A DNA stretch of 64,000 nucleotides, taken from positions 1 through 64,000 of the IMG/VR virus record IMGVR_UViG_3300010396_000042. One strand, written 5' to 3'. This stretch comes from a virus. The number at the start of each line of letters is the position of its first letter. The stretch's first letter is position 1. The notes below the pieces were generated by a model. That model saw only the letters and a list, made by a program, of their open reading frames with translations. It ran no database searches and was not told where the DNA came from. Of the stretch, positions 28,621-38,297 are shown piece after piece. Made by a program: the position numbers and the translations under genes.

Positions 28621-29951
28621 CGATCTTCCTCGGGGAGGGGTTTTCCGTGGGCGGCGAGGGCCGCCTCGTGGTGATCGTCGAGCGCGTCGAGCATCGCTTT
28701 GCGCATGGCCGGTGTCGGGTGCGAGTAGATCCCCTGGATGCCCTTGGGCGAGTGGCCCATCCTGTCGCAGCGCATGATCTCCGAGATGCCCAGTTCGATC
28801 AGGCGCGTGTTCTGGCCGTGCCGCAGTCCGTGTGCGGACAGCCCCGGTCGGATCGGATCCCAGGCGGGCAGCTGGCCCCAGCCGTAGCGCGCCCTGCGGG
28901 CGGCCTGCCCGTCGGTGACGGAGGCGAGGATGTGGTCGAAGGCGTTACGGGTGTACATCTGGATGTGTGGCTGGCCGTCCGGGCCCACGGCTGTATCGGG
29001 CCGGCAGAAGAGGTAGGGGTGGGGCCAGCTGGCCATGTGGGTTTCGAGGATCGCCCACAGGTAGTCGGGAATGTCGATCTCTCGGTCACCGTGCGGGGGT
29101 TTGGGTGGCCCGAAGTGGTTGGCGGTCACGCGGTTCTTGCGGTCGAAGAACTCGTGCCACTGCCCGACGTCGGGGTCGATGCGGATGACGCGCCGCCGCC
29201 ACGGTGCGCCGTGGATCACCTCGCGGCGCCACAGGCCACAGTTGTCGCGGTGCAGGGCGAGGGCCTCACCGATGCGCATCCCGGTGCCGTCGAGTGTGTA
29301 GGTCAGCACGCGCAGCATGGCGGCGAGCCGTTCGTCGACGAAGGCGTTGGCGCGCAGCCTGCCGGTGGGCAGGCGGTAGCGGTCCGGCAGTTGCAGGAAG
29401 CGCTCGGCGATCGCGATGGCGTCGGCCGCGGTGGACCAGACCGTCTCGTTGCGGCGGGTCGGAGTTCCGCCGAGCTGGCGGCCGGCGATCGGGTTGGCGT
29501 CGATCAGTCCGGCGTCGACGGCCGCGGTGAGGATCTGTGAGAGCAGGCTGACGCGGCCGGTGACCGAGGAGCGGGCGTAGGGCTGATCCAGCGCCCAGTT
29601 GGAGACGAGCCACCAGTTGAGCTCGCCGAGCGCCTTGTGCCCGAACGCCGGCAGCAGGTGCTTGTCGAGGTCGTTATCTCGGTTCTTGATGGTGCGCTGG
29701 GAGACACGCTGCTTGACGCGCCACTGCTCGGCCCACTCGCGCAGCAGCGTGTCGCCGCTGCGCGGGCCGTGGTAGCGGCCGCGCCGCAGGTCGGATTCCA
29801 TGTCCAGGCCGTGCTGGTAGGCGACGTCGCGATCGGCGAACCCGGACTCTGAGTCGTAGGCCTGGTTGCCGGCTTTGGTCAGTTTCCCTGGGACGGGCCA
29901 TTTGACCCGCCAGGGATAGGGGCCGTCGCCGCGTTTCTCAACAGTGGGCAT
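28560..29951 (-). CDS. int: Tyrosine integrase
   Basis: TGMRIGEALAL (R), HGLRHG (HxxR), RMGH..IQGIYSH (H,Y); likely ATG at 29951 with GGAG RBS. Confidence 0.93.
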   Translation of the reverse strand: MPTVEKRGDGPYPWRVKWPVPGKLTKAGNQAYDSESGFADRDVAYQHGLDMESDLRRGRYHGPRSGDTLLREWAEQWRVKQRVSQRTIKNRDNDLDKHLLPAFGHKALGELNWWLVSNWALDQPYARSSVTGRVSLLSQILTAAVDAGLIDANPIAGRQLGGTPTRRNETVWSTAADAIAIAERFLQLPDRYRLPTGRLRANAFVDERLAAMLRVLTYTLDGTGMRIGEALALHRDNCGLWRREVIHGAPWRRRVIRIDPDVGQWHEFFDRKNRVTANHFGPPKPPHGDREIDIPDYLWAILETHMASWPHPYLFCRPDTAVGPDGQPHIQMYTRNAFDHILASVTDGQAARRARYGWGQLPAWDPIRPGLSAHGLRHGQNTRLIELGISEIMRCDRMGHSPKGIQGIYSHPTPAMRKAMLDALDDHHEAALAAHGKPLPEEDRFPESSQTITAKPRRKLRAV

Positions 29952-30159
29952 CGCAGTTCTCCGTGGTGTTCTGGGGCCACCCCACTCCTCAGCATGCCCG
30001 CGATCGGTGACAGCGCGGGGCGATTCGCGACTTTGCGCCGCTCGTGACCCGGGCAAGCTGACGGCGTGTCACAGCTTGGCCACTTCGCGGATAAGCCGCC
30101 CGCGCTCGTCATAGCGTCTTCGACGTCGAAGACACCGATCTCGAGGGGGGCATCTCTCC

Positions 30160-30801
30160 ATGCGCAGAGCATTCCTGACGGCCGGCGCCGCCGCGCTCGT
30201 TCTCGCCGCGGCCGCGTGCGGCGGCTCCACGCCCACCACCACGTCGGCCGGCGCAGCCTCACCCGGTGCCTCATCCACGCCGGCTACTGCCCCGAGTCAG
30301 GCCGCGTCGAGCGCCCCGGCGGCGGGCGGGCTGACGGGATTCGGAGCGACCCAGGCCGCGTGGAGCGCGAAGCACACCCTGGACCAGGACAAGGGTGATG
30401 AGTTCTGGAACCCCGATCCGGCTCTGCCCAAAACGACCGACGGCAAAGTCAACGACGAATATGTCGGCGTGACGTTCACCGGGGGCCGCGCCCTGGACTA
30501 CGACGTCTCCTTCACGGCCCGCAGTCTGCAGGCTGCCGAAGCCCTCATCGGCAAAGAGCTGCCGGGTGACGCCAAGATCACCGGTAGTCCTCAGATGCAG
30601 CTGAAGGGGCTCGCCGGCGCGCAGTGCGTGCAGGTGACCTACGACTCTGCGCAGCTCGCCTCTGTGGTGGGCGGCGCGCACGGTGGCGTGGTCTTCGCCG
30701 TCTTCTCCTCGTGGGACGCGTTTCATCTGCATGAGTCGTCGATTGCCTCGGCGAGTCTGGTCAGCGCAAACGAGTCCGACGCGAGCAAGAGCCCCTGCTG
30801 A
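30160..30801 (+). CDS. Lipoprotein (possible superinfection exclusion/lysogenic conversion)
   Basis: Signal peptide with lipobox LAAAAC; S/T/A linker; between int and repressor. Confidence 0.75.
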   Translation: MRRAFLTAGAAALVLAAAACGGSTPTTTSAGAASPGASSTPATAPSQAASSAPAAGGLTGFGATQAAWSAKHTLDQDKGDEFWNPDPALPKTTDGKVNDEYVGVTFTGGRALDYDVSFTARSLQAAEALIGKELPGDAKITGSPQMQLKGLAGAQCVQVTYDSAQLASVVGGAHGGVVFAVFSSWDAFHLHESSIASASLVSANESDASKSPC

Positions 30802-30875
30802 GGCTGGACTGTGTGGCCCCGCTCGGCGCCCGAACGGCGAGCGGGGTGTGCGTAGGTCGGGTGATCGATCGCTGC

Positions 30876-31721
30876 TCAGTTGAAGTGGCGGCGCCGCGGT
30901 TCCTGTCTGTCTCTGACGATGCTCAAGCGCCGGCCCTTCGTACCGGCGCATAGGTCGCGTAGTGGTGCTTCGAGATGGAGGGTCACTGTTTCCCGCAGGT
31001 CCTCTTCCGCGGCGGTCGGGCGCGCCGCCGCGTCGGTTCCAGTCGGCTGCGTCGTCTGCTCGCACAGGCGGCGGCGTGCTTCGCGGGCTGCGTCACGCAG
31101 CCCGACCATGCGGGTGAGTCCTGGGCCGATCACCGCGGCCGCGGTGCACTGCACGGCCGGGATCATCAGGATCGCGAGCAGCACGCCGCGTTGCGGCGCA
31201 TCGACGCGCCACCAGCGGGCGAGCAGTGCGACGCTCGCCACGGCACAGATCACCCAGAACGAGATGCCGATCCGAGCGAGTACCCTCCAGATGCCGGCGG
31301 GCCAGAACTCTCGCGGACGGTCGGCCGCCAGGCCTCGGGCCAGTATCCGGTCGAGGTTGCGGTCTCGGACCGGACTGAGGATCGCGGCCGTGTCCAGTTC
31401 GTAGGCGATGTGCCAGTCGGCGTCGACGAGCCTCTCTCCCACGCGCATGAAGGCGACCCAGAAGCCGGTGCATCCGAGCGCGAGCAGCCAGTAGACGATG
31501 ATCTGCATCGCGGCGTCGCCGAGGGCGATGTCGCGCTGCTCCTGGCCGGCGAAGATCAGCAAGGCGATCCCCCACAGCCCGGCGGTAGTGACGGCGGCCG
31601 TGCGCACGGACGCCGGAAGCCGAATTCTTTGCGTGTGTACGTATGCATTCAGCAAGGCCCCAAGCTCTCCCCTGTTTCCTGGAATCTCCACCCGAGACGC
31701 CGCGAGGCGCAGCGAGATCAA
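30876..31721 (-). CDS. Multi-pass membrane protein, probably co-transcribed with the repressor
   Basis: About four hydrophobic helices; downstream of the repressor on the same strand. Confidence 0.65.
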   Translation of the reverse strand: MISLRLAASRVEIPGNRGELGALLNAYVHTQRIRLPASVRTAAVTTAGLWGIALLIFAGQEQRDIALGDAAMQIIVYWLLALGCTGFWVAFMRVGERLVDADWHIAYELDTAAILSPVRDRNLDRILARGLAADRPREFWPAGIWRVLARIGISFWVICAVASVALLARWWRVDAPQRGVLLAILMIPAVQCTAAAVIGPGLTRMVGLRDAAREARRRLCEQTTQPTGTDAAARPTAAEEDLRETVTLHLEAPLRDLCAGTKGRRLSIVRDRQEPRRRHFN

Positions 31722-31797
31722 GAAACACGTTAGTAGAGACGGGACGCTTGCGTATGGGAATCATGAACGGTTTTGCGTCGCGCTGCTAACGATCAGG

Positions 31798-32361
31798 TCA
31801 CGCAGATTTATTCACACTGGTATTCACAGCGCCGTCGTCATTGCTGGCCTGGTCACGCTGCCGCTGCCGCTCCTCGAATTCGAAGCGCGCCATGCGCCGC
31901 GCACGCTCCAGGTCCTGCTCGAACTGATCGGCCAACTTGTGCATTTCAGGGTCTGGACTAGAACGCAGTTTCGCTAGGAATTCCAGGTCGCCATCTCGCG
32001 GCTGCAAGGGCGCTCCCGAGCGTTGCGCCTCCGCAAAAGCGGCCCAGTCGTCGTGCCCGGCCGCCCGCAAGAACTCGACCGGGTCCGCGTCCAAAAGTTC
32101 CGCCATGAGGCGAGCAGACTCCGGCGACGGCGGATTACGCCGCTTCTCCCAGTTCGTGATCTGACCCGTACTCAGCTTCATGCCGCGAGCTTTCGCCATC
32201 TCCACGAGGTCGATCGGCCGTTTCCCGCGGGCACGCCGGGTCCGGATGAGACAGGCAGCAAAGTCCTCGCGCGCCTGCGCGTCCCCGGTCCCATCGTTCG
32301 GCCACATGCGGTTCCCCATCTCAGAGGCAGCTCGGTTCATTGAACTTAACCGAGAACTCAT
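31798..32361 (-). CDS. Immunity repressor (XRE HTH)
   Basis: LSTGQITNWEKRRNPPS..LAELLD HTH; divergent from the cro-like gene; start may be 32319. Confidence 0.8.
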   Translation of the reverse strand: MSSRLSSMNRAASEMGNRMWPNDGTGDAQAREDFAACLIRTRRARGKRPIDLVEMAKARGMKLSTGQITNWEKRRNPPSPESARLMAELLDADPVEFLRAAGHDDWAAFAEAQRSGAPLQPRDGDLEFLAKLRSSPDPEMHKLADQFEQDLERARRMARFEFEERQRQRDQASNDDGAVNTSVNKSA

Positions 32362-32553
32362 TGCAATGAGTCAGTGTAGTTGTCTTCGCCGCGCAGCCGC
32401 ATCCCACGGCGGTACTCGGAGCGTTGCAGAGGCCCTGGTCGACGGCTAGAGGGATGGCCGAATCTCGACAGCCGGCCCGAGCCGCCCGGCCACCCACCCA
32501 GCAAGTCGTTACGGAATCGTGACTGCCAGTTCGCACAACTCATTGCGTTGTGT
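32356..32553. promoter_or_regulatory. Immunity switch with candidate operators
   Basis: Perfect 16-bp palindrome ACTCATTGCAATGAGT (32356-32371) and related ACTCATTGCGTTGTGT (32538-32553) between divergent regulators. Confidence 0.6.
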
Positions 32554-32626
32554 CCACTAACGTTCTGTGTTGAGCGGGGATGCGGTTCAACTGGCCGCGC
32601 CTCAGTCGCACGAAAGGGACTGTCCG

Positions 32627-32962
32627 ATGCCGGGATCAGCACGCCGACCGCGGTACTTCCAGTACCGGTTGCGGGCGAAGGCGTTCGATGTCCTGGTCGA
32701 TCTCAATCCGCGCCTTGGGCGGATCGATCAGGGCAAATGGGTGCCGAACTATGCGGAGATCGCCCGACAGGGCGGTGTGCTGCCGAACTCGGTGCAACCG
32801 CTCGCGAAAGGCGACGCGCCGCTGACCGAATCGTTGATGTCGGCGCTCGCCGGCGTGGCCGTGCTCAGCGGGATGAGCCCGGAAGAGGCCCACGCCAGGA
32901 TGTTCGAGCTCGTCGATGTACGGCCTGCGCGCGTGCGCCGTGGCTTGCGAGCCGTGGCATGA
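32627..32962 (+). CDS. Cro-like small DNA-binding protein
   Basis: NYAEIARQGG HTH-like segment; first rightward early gene; AAGGGA RBS. Confidence 0.6.
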   Translation: MPGSARRPRYFQYRLRAKAFDVLVDLNPRLGRIDQGKWVPNYAEIARQGGVLPNSVQPLAKGDAPLTESLMSALAGVAVLSGMSPEEAHARMFELVDVRPARVRRGLRAVA

Positions 32963-33207
32963 GCACCGTATCGGGCACGGACGCCGCGCTTGCACAGCCG
33001 CTGAATTACGCGGAGGCCGCCGCAGTGATGCGGTGCAGCGTGCGCACAGTTCGCCGCCGCGTGGCGGCCGGGAAGCTCACGCACATCCGCGACGGCGCCG
33101 GACGAGTGCTGATCCTCCCCGAGTTCATCAGCGACTACTTCGCACGCAACACCAAGGCCGCCGCGCCTCGCACAAGCAAGCCCGTCAGGAACCCCAGGTA
33201 CAGCTGA
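32959..33207 (+). CDS. xis: Excisionase (HTH_17 family)
   Basis: LNYAEAAAVMRCSVRTVRRRVAAGKL..IRDG.GRVLI. Confidence 0.8.
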   Translation: MSTVSGTDAALAQPLNYAEAAAVMRCSVRTVRRRVAAGKLTHIRDGAGRVLILPEFISDYFARNTKAAAPRTSKPVRNPRYS

Positions 33208-33295
33208 AAAGCAATTAGGCCGCTCAGCCCGGACGCGACCCGGGCCAAGCGGCAGAGCACCCACCGCAGCAACACCGATTAGGAAGGAGACCGCG

Positions 33296-34531
33296 GTGAG
33301 TAACACCAAGCGTAGGGTCCGAGCGCTCAAGAGCGCATCCACCCGAGCCGCCAGGGAACGCCGCGCAGCCGGCGCCCGTCTCGCGAAGGCCGCGTCCGCG
33401 CAGGCCACGCCCGCGTCAGCGGCGACGGAGGCATCGGCGCGCGCCGGGGCTCGTTTCATCGTCATCGAACGCACCGGCAGCGACCGGCGCGAGGCCGAGC
33501 CCGGATGCCCGTTCATGGTGGTGGAGGCCGCGACCACGCAGGTCCCGGAGAACTTCTTCGGCCGCGACTGGATCGGCTACCACTCCACACGGGAGCTCGC
33601 CGACATCGAGGCCAACGAACTCAACGCCCTGGCCGGGCACTTCCTCGTCACGACGCAGCCGGTCATCGGCCCGAGCGCGGCACCGGTCATGGCGGACCTT
33701 AAGTCCGTGCTCGGCTCGAAGGCGACGGCGTGGGCAGCCGAACTGCTCGCGCCGACACAGGAGATGCCCGCCATCCCGGCCGAGGACGACGAGCCGTCGA
33801 GGCTTCCCGGCGCCGAGAACCTGCGCGCGGTGGTCGACGAGATCGCCCACCGTCCCCAGGCGCCTGCTGGGCAGTCGACCGGCGAGCGGTACGCGCACAT
33901 CCTGCGCGCCGCCGGCTGGGAACCGCCGGCGTCCGGGGCCAAGCTCGACGGCCCCTCGGCGCGGGTCCTCGAGGAAAGCTTCCGGAAGGACATCGAGAGC
34001 GCCGACGGGCCGGCCGATGCTCCACGCGGGCCCGTCGACGGCGGAGGGCGCCAGGAGCATCGCGACATCGCGCAGCGCACCCTGCAGCTGCCGCGGATCA
34101 CCGACACCGTGCACACGAGCCGCCCCGGTCGCGACAGCCACGCGTCCCCGATCATCCCCGGGCTGCGCCGCGCGCTGATCTACGAGATCCTCGCCGGTCA
34201 GCAGGTGCTGTGTACCGACGGCTCGTGGCGCACCACCGCGGGCGGCTCGCTGCGCGACGGCGCCGGGATCCTGGTCATGGCAGATCTGACGGAGCACGCG
34301 GTCGACGCGGACGTCCGGTTCTGGGTGCGCGCGCAGCCGACCGCGTCGGCCGCCGCCGGATTGCATCACCGCCCCGCGTGCCCGAACGGCTGCTTCCGCA
34401 CCCAGGCCGACTACCGGCTGTGCACCTGCAACTGGGGCTGCGGCTGCTCCCCCCACCCGGCGCCCCGCGCCACCACGGCGCACACCGCCACGGACACGCG
34501 TGAGCTGCACCTGACCGGGGCGGTGGCGTGA
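33296..34531 (+). CDS. Hypothetical early protein
   Basis: AAGGAG RBS; Cys-rich C-terminus. Confidence 0.65.
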   Translation: MSNTKRRVRALKSASTRAARERRAAGARLAKAASAQATPASAATEASARAGARFIVIERTGSDRREAEPGCPFMVVEAATTQVPENFFGRDWIGYHSTRELADIEANELNALAGHFLVTTQPVIGPSAAPVMADLKSVLGSKATAWAAELLAPTQEMPAIPAEDDEPSRLPGAENLRAVVDEIAHRPQAPAGQSTGERYAHILRAAGWEPPASGAKLDGPSARVLEESFRKDIESADGPADAPRGPVDGGGRQEHRDIAQRTLQLPRITDTVHTSRPGRDSHASPIIPGLRRALIYEILAGQQVLCTDGSWRTTAGGSLRDGAGILVMADLTEHAVDADVRFWVRAQPTASAAAGLHHRPACPNGCFRTQADYRLCTCNWGCGCSPHPAPRATTAHTATDTRELHLTGAVA

Positions 34532-34749
34532 TGGCCGGCGACACCGCGACCTTCGAGGCCGTGGCTGACGCGCTCGTCGCGGTCGGCGCCGGCGACCGCG
34601 CCAAGATCCACATCCTTGCGGCGGCGATGAACGTCGTCGGCGTGCCCGCCCTCTCGCTCCAGCGCTACCAGCAGGACGAGGCGATCGTCGAACTGTTCGC
34701 GTCCCGGGGCGTGTGCTTCGCCGAGCCCCGCGAAGGCGGTGCCCAGTGA
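34528..34749 (+). CDS. Hypothetical protein
   Basis: Translationally coupled at both ends. Confidence 0.55.
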   Translation: MMAGDTATFEAVADALVAVGAGDRAKIHILAAAMNVVGVPALSLQRYQQDEAIVELFASRGVCFAEPREGGAQ

Positions 34750-35135
34750 TCGACGACACCCGCAACAGCGTGCACGGACCGTACGAGACCAGCGCGCAGG
34801 CCGACGCCGACGCCGCGCACGTCTACCAGTCCGTCCGCCGGCACCGGTACGCGCCCGCCGACACGATCCCGCTCTCCGGCCTGCACTCGATCCCGGCGAT
34901 CCCGGTCGCGGACCGCATCAACGAGGGTCTTCTGCTCGCCGCCCTGACCGCGGCCGGTGTCGAGCTGGGCGAGCACGACCGGCGCACGATCGGCTGGCTC
35001 GCAGCCTGGGAGCCCTCCATCGTCCAGGTCGTCATCGGATGGGTCGAACGCGCCCACCACGGCGGCCAGGACGACGAGATCGACGCGACGGGCGCCACCG
35101 AGGGCAGCAACGACGCCGAAAGGACGGTGGCGTGA
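34746..35135 (+). CDS. Hypothetical protein
   Basis: GVELGEHDRRTIGWLA motif; GTGA coupling. Confidence 0.6.
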   Translation: MIDDTRNSVHGPYETSAQADADAAHVYQSVRRHRYAPADTIPLSGLHSIPAIPVADRINEGLLLAALTAAGVELGEHDRRTIGWLAAWEPSIVQVVIGWVERAHHGGQDDEIDATGATEGSNDAERTVA

Positions 35136-35527
35136 TGCCCGCCCCGCGCAAAAGCGCCGGGATCGACGTGGACGCGTGGATCCGGCAGTCCCAAGTCCTC
35201 GACGACCTTGCGGCGTTCGTGCGCGAACACGGGCCGCGCAGCAAGAACCCGTTGCCGGTGCTGCCGTGGAAGATCGCTACTTACCGCGAGATCTTCGCCG
35301 AGCTGCCCAGCTTCGAGCCGGATGCGCAGCGCATGGCGACGCTCGACGCCTACGCCGCTGCCCTCGGCACTGTGGTGACCTCCCGCGTCGCATCGGATCG
35401 CACGGTGTACACGGTGCGCGGCCGCATCGGCCGACTCGAGGGCACCGACAAGCAGCCGCGCATCGGCGTGATCATCCAGGCGACCGTGTGGCGTGAGCTG
35501 GACGACGAGCCGGACGGGGGCGCGTGA
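35135..35527 (+). CDS. Hypothetical protein
   Basis: Coupled ORF in the early operon. Confidence 0.6.
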   Translation: MPAPRKSAGIDVDAWIRQSQVLDDLAAFVREHGPRSKNPLPVLPWKIATYREIFAELPSFEPDAQRMATLDAYAAALGTVVTSRVASDRTVYTVRGRIGRLEGTDKQPRIGVIIQATVWRELDDEPDGGA

Positions 35528-35865
35528 TGCAACTCCAGTTCGGCCCAATCAAGATCGACACAAAGGGCCTGCCGGCGATCTACTGGCTGCACGTTTTTGA
35601 GCAGGTCGACCAGGACGCGCCGCTGCACGTGGACATCATGCTTGCCGGCAACAAGCGCGCGGCCGTCGAGAAGTGGGCCAAGCGGCTCGGCGGACAGGTC
35701 ACCGAGAGGGATGTGCCGGATTCCACCGGCTTCGATGTCCACACACGCGAGATCGAAGCGGTGGTCGAACGCGATGGCTACCGCATCGCCGTGTGGACAC
35801 GGTTCACCCCCGCCCCGGCGCCGAAGACCGACGCTACGCCCGAGGCACCCGGTGGTGCGTCATGA
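35524..35865 (+). CDS. Hypothetical protein, paralog A
   Basis: GPIKIDTKGLP...WAKRLG shared with the next gene. Confidence 0.65.
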   Translation: MMQLQFGPIKIDTKGLPAIYWLHVFEQVDQDAPLHVDIMLAGNKRAAVEKWAKRLGGQVTERDVPDSTGFDVHTREIEAVVERDGYRIAVWTRFTPAPAPKTDATPEAPGGAS

Positions 35866-36149
35866 AGATCACAATCGGCCCGATCACGGTCGACGCCAAG
35901 GGCCTGCCGCGCATCGACCAGATCGCCGTCTACCCGACAAGCCAAGAGGTGATCGCGTACCTGGCCAGCACCAAGCTTCGCGACATCGAGCGATGGGCTA
36001 AGCGCCTCGGTGTGCAGATCAAGGACAGCGACCCGGTCAGCGAACACTGGCGGCACGTCACCGCGACCGTCAACAAGGGCGGGTACCTGCTGCAGGTCGA
36101 TGCCCTCGTGTACACGGATAACCCGCAGCCCTTCGGGGGCGCGTCATGA
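35862..36149 (+). CDS. Hypothetical protein, paralog B
   Basis: GPITVDAKGLP...WAKRLG; ATGA coupling. Confidence 0.65.
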   Translation: MKITIGPITVDAKGLPRIDQIAVYPTSQEVIAYLASTKLRDIERWAKRLGVQIKDSDPVSEHWRHVTATVNKGGYLLQVDALVYTDNPQPFGGAS

Positions 36150-36661
36150 CGGTTTCGATTCCGGACGCGCTGCGCGCGATCGCGTGGCTGCTGGTCCCCA
36201 GCCACTTGTACGCGATCTACAGCGAGCAAGTCCTCGTGCACGGACTCGCCCTGTTCGCTCTGGCGGTGCTGGCGCGACGGGTGCTGCGACGTTACCGGCG
36301 CGCTCTGGCCGCACTGCTGCTGAGCACGGCGCTGCTGTCCGCCGCGCCGCCTGTCTGGCGCGCCGCGGCCACCCGCTCCCGGTACACCCATCCCCGGCTC
36401 GTGCACGCAGCGCACGCTCCGCGCCGCCCAGTGCGCAAGAGCGCCGCCACAACCGCCTCCGCCGCAGCGAAGAACACCGAGACGGCCGTCGCCGCGATTG
36501 CGGAGCGGGCGAGCGCCGCGAGCGAGCGGATGCCGGCCCGCCCGGTACCACGGCAGGCCGCACGCCGCCTAAACGAGGCGCAGCTGCTCGCGATCGCCAA
36601 CGACACCGTCATCGGACCGCTGATCGAGGCCTGCCGGCAGGCCGCGGGAGGCGCACGGTGA
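36146..36661 (+). CDS. Membrane protein
   Basis: Hydrophobic N-terminal half; coupled. Confidence 0.55.
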   Translation: MTVSIPDALRAIAWLLVPSHLYAIYSEQVLVHGLALFALAVLARRVLRRYRRALAALLLSTALLSAAPPVWRAAATRSRYTHPRLVHAAHAPRRPVRKSAATTASAAAKNTETAVAAIAERASAASERMPARPVPRQAARRLNEAQLLAIANDTVIGPLIEACRQAAGGAR

Positions 36662-36900
36662 CCAGCTTCTTCTCCCCCGATGTGGTCCTCGCCGTCATCG
36701 CGATCGCCAGCTTCGCGATCGCCCTGTGCGCGACCGCCGTGATGCTCGCCATCCGCGCGTCGCGCCGTCGCGCCGCCCGACACGCGCTGGCCGCGATCCG
36801 CGTCCCGGCCGCCGAGACAGTACTGAACGGCGAACCGTACCGCGCACTCAAGGACGGTCTCACCACTGCGGCGACGACAGCGAAGGCGGCCCGCCGATGA
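36658..36900 (+). CDS. Small membrane protein
   Basis: Single TM; GGAGG RBS; GTGA coupling. Confidence 0.55.
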   Translation: MTSFFSPDVVLAVIAIASFAIALCATAVMLAIRASRRRAARHALAAIRVPAAETVLNGEPYRALKDGLTTAATTAKAARR

Positions 36901-37511
36901 CTGTGCGCACCGCCGGCGCCGAAGAGCTCTGCGCGCACTGCGCCCTGGTGCCCGCGGACTTCGCCGACGACCTCGGACATGACCACCTCGGCCACTATGC
37001 CGTCGGCGTGCTGCGAAGGGGCGGCATCGACACCCGGGCGCGCCTCGCGCAGGCCACGGACGCCGAGCTGATGCTCGTGCGCAACCTCGGCCCGCAGGCA
37101 CGTGCCCGCGTCCGCCAGGCCTTCCCCGCACCGCAGCCGACCCAGCGCCCCGCCGGCTACAGTCCCCGGGCGTTGCTCGACCGGCTGCCCGCGAGCGTCG
37201 ACGTCCCGCACTGGATGCTCACCGACAGCGCAGCCGCGGCGTCCCTGTGGATCCTGACCGCGATCTCCCGCACCGACAAGCGGATCTGGCAGCACCTCAC
37301 CCACCGCATGATCAAATACGCGGACATCGTCCGAGAAGGCGGCTGGTCGCCGTCGGAGCTCGCCCTGCTGCACGCGGCCCGCTGCCTCGCCGGCCAGGCT
37401 CAGATCGGTCCGAACCTCGACGAGCTGGCCGCGTCGCTGGACGAGACACGGTGGGACGCGCTACTCGAGGCGCTGCGCATCCGCCGCACCGGACTGCGAG
37501 GCAGCAGCTGA
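36897..37511 (+). CDS. Protein with RNA polymerase alpha-CTD-like (HhH) domain
   Basis: VLRRGGIDTRARLAQATDAELMLVRNLGPQARARV resembles the alpha-CTD pattern LKRAGI.T..DL....E.ELL.IRNLG.KS. Confidence 0.6.
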   Translation: MTVRTAGAEELCAHCALVPADFADDLGHDHLGHYAVGVLRRGGIDTRARLAQATDAELMLVRNLGPQARARVRQAFPAPQPTQRPAGYSPRALLDRLPASVDVPHWMLTDSAAAASLWILTAISRTDKRIWQHLTHRMIKYADIVREGGWSPSELALLHAARCLAGQAQIGPNLDELAASLDETRWDALLEALRIRRTGLRGSS

Positions 37512-37915
37512 TGCATCCCGCCGCGCACATCGTCCTGTCCGGCATCGAGGCCTGCCGCCGCTGCCTGCGCCAGCACCCCGGTCAGCCGGTCAAAGCCGTC
37601 GCCCGGCGCTTCGACTACGCCGAGAGCGCGGCTGCCGCCCGCCCGGCCGGCCCGGCGGATCCGGGCGCGCGCCGCTGGGTCGAACTGCGCCCGCACAGCG
37701 CCGGCGTCGCCATCCAGATCGTCACCGAGACCCGACGCACCCTCGCCGAATCCGTGCTCTACCCGGCCACGCCCGACGCGTCCGGCACCGACCGGCTGTG
37801 GCTCGGCATCGACCCCGCCGCGATCACCGCGCCGCCATTCCTGACCACGCTCGCCGCCGCGGCCGACCGCGCGCTCGAGCGACTCGATTCGTTCCCGGAG
37901 CTCCTCCATGGCTGA
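37511..37915 (+). CDS. Hypothetical protein
   Basis: TGATG coupling. Confidence 0.55.
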   Translation: MHPAAHIVLSGIEACRRCLRQHPGQPVKAVARRFDYAESAAAARPAGPADPGARRWVELRPHSAGVAIQIVTETRRTLAESVLYPATPDASGTDRLWLGIDPAAITAPPFLTTLAAAADRALERLDSFPELLHG

Positions 37916-38297
37916 CACCACAACCGTACCCGCGGCCGCCGTGACGACGACCGCTGTGCCGATGGCCGCGCCGTCCGCGTCGATCCCGGGCCAGCGCCGC
38001 ACCATTGCGCTCGACGTCCACACGCCCGCGGGGCTCGAGGTGTGGCAGTTCCCGCTCGCCCGCCACGTCCAAGCCGTGGTCGACACCGGCGTGCACCCCG
38101 CCACCCGGCAGGCGATACACCCCGACGCGGCCGCCACCTGCTTCAGCTGCCAGCACGCCGTCCAGCGGGCCGTCGCCGGAGGCGGAGCGCGCACCCGTTG
38201 CGCGGTGTCGGTCTCCCGCCGCAAGGGACCCGACCTGCTCCCGATCTTCCCCGCCTGCACCCAATACACCCAGCGCCTCGAAGGGCCGACACCGTGA
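37908..38297 (+). CDS. Hypothetical Cys-containing protein
   Basis: Coupled ORF with CxxC. Confidence 0.55.
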   Translation: MADTTTVPAAAVTTTAVPMAAPSASIPGQRRTIALDVHTPAGLEVWQFPLARHVQAVVDTGVHPATRQAIHPDAAATCFSCQHAVQRAVAGGGARTRCAVSVSRRKGPDLLPIFPACTQYTQRLEGPTP

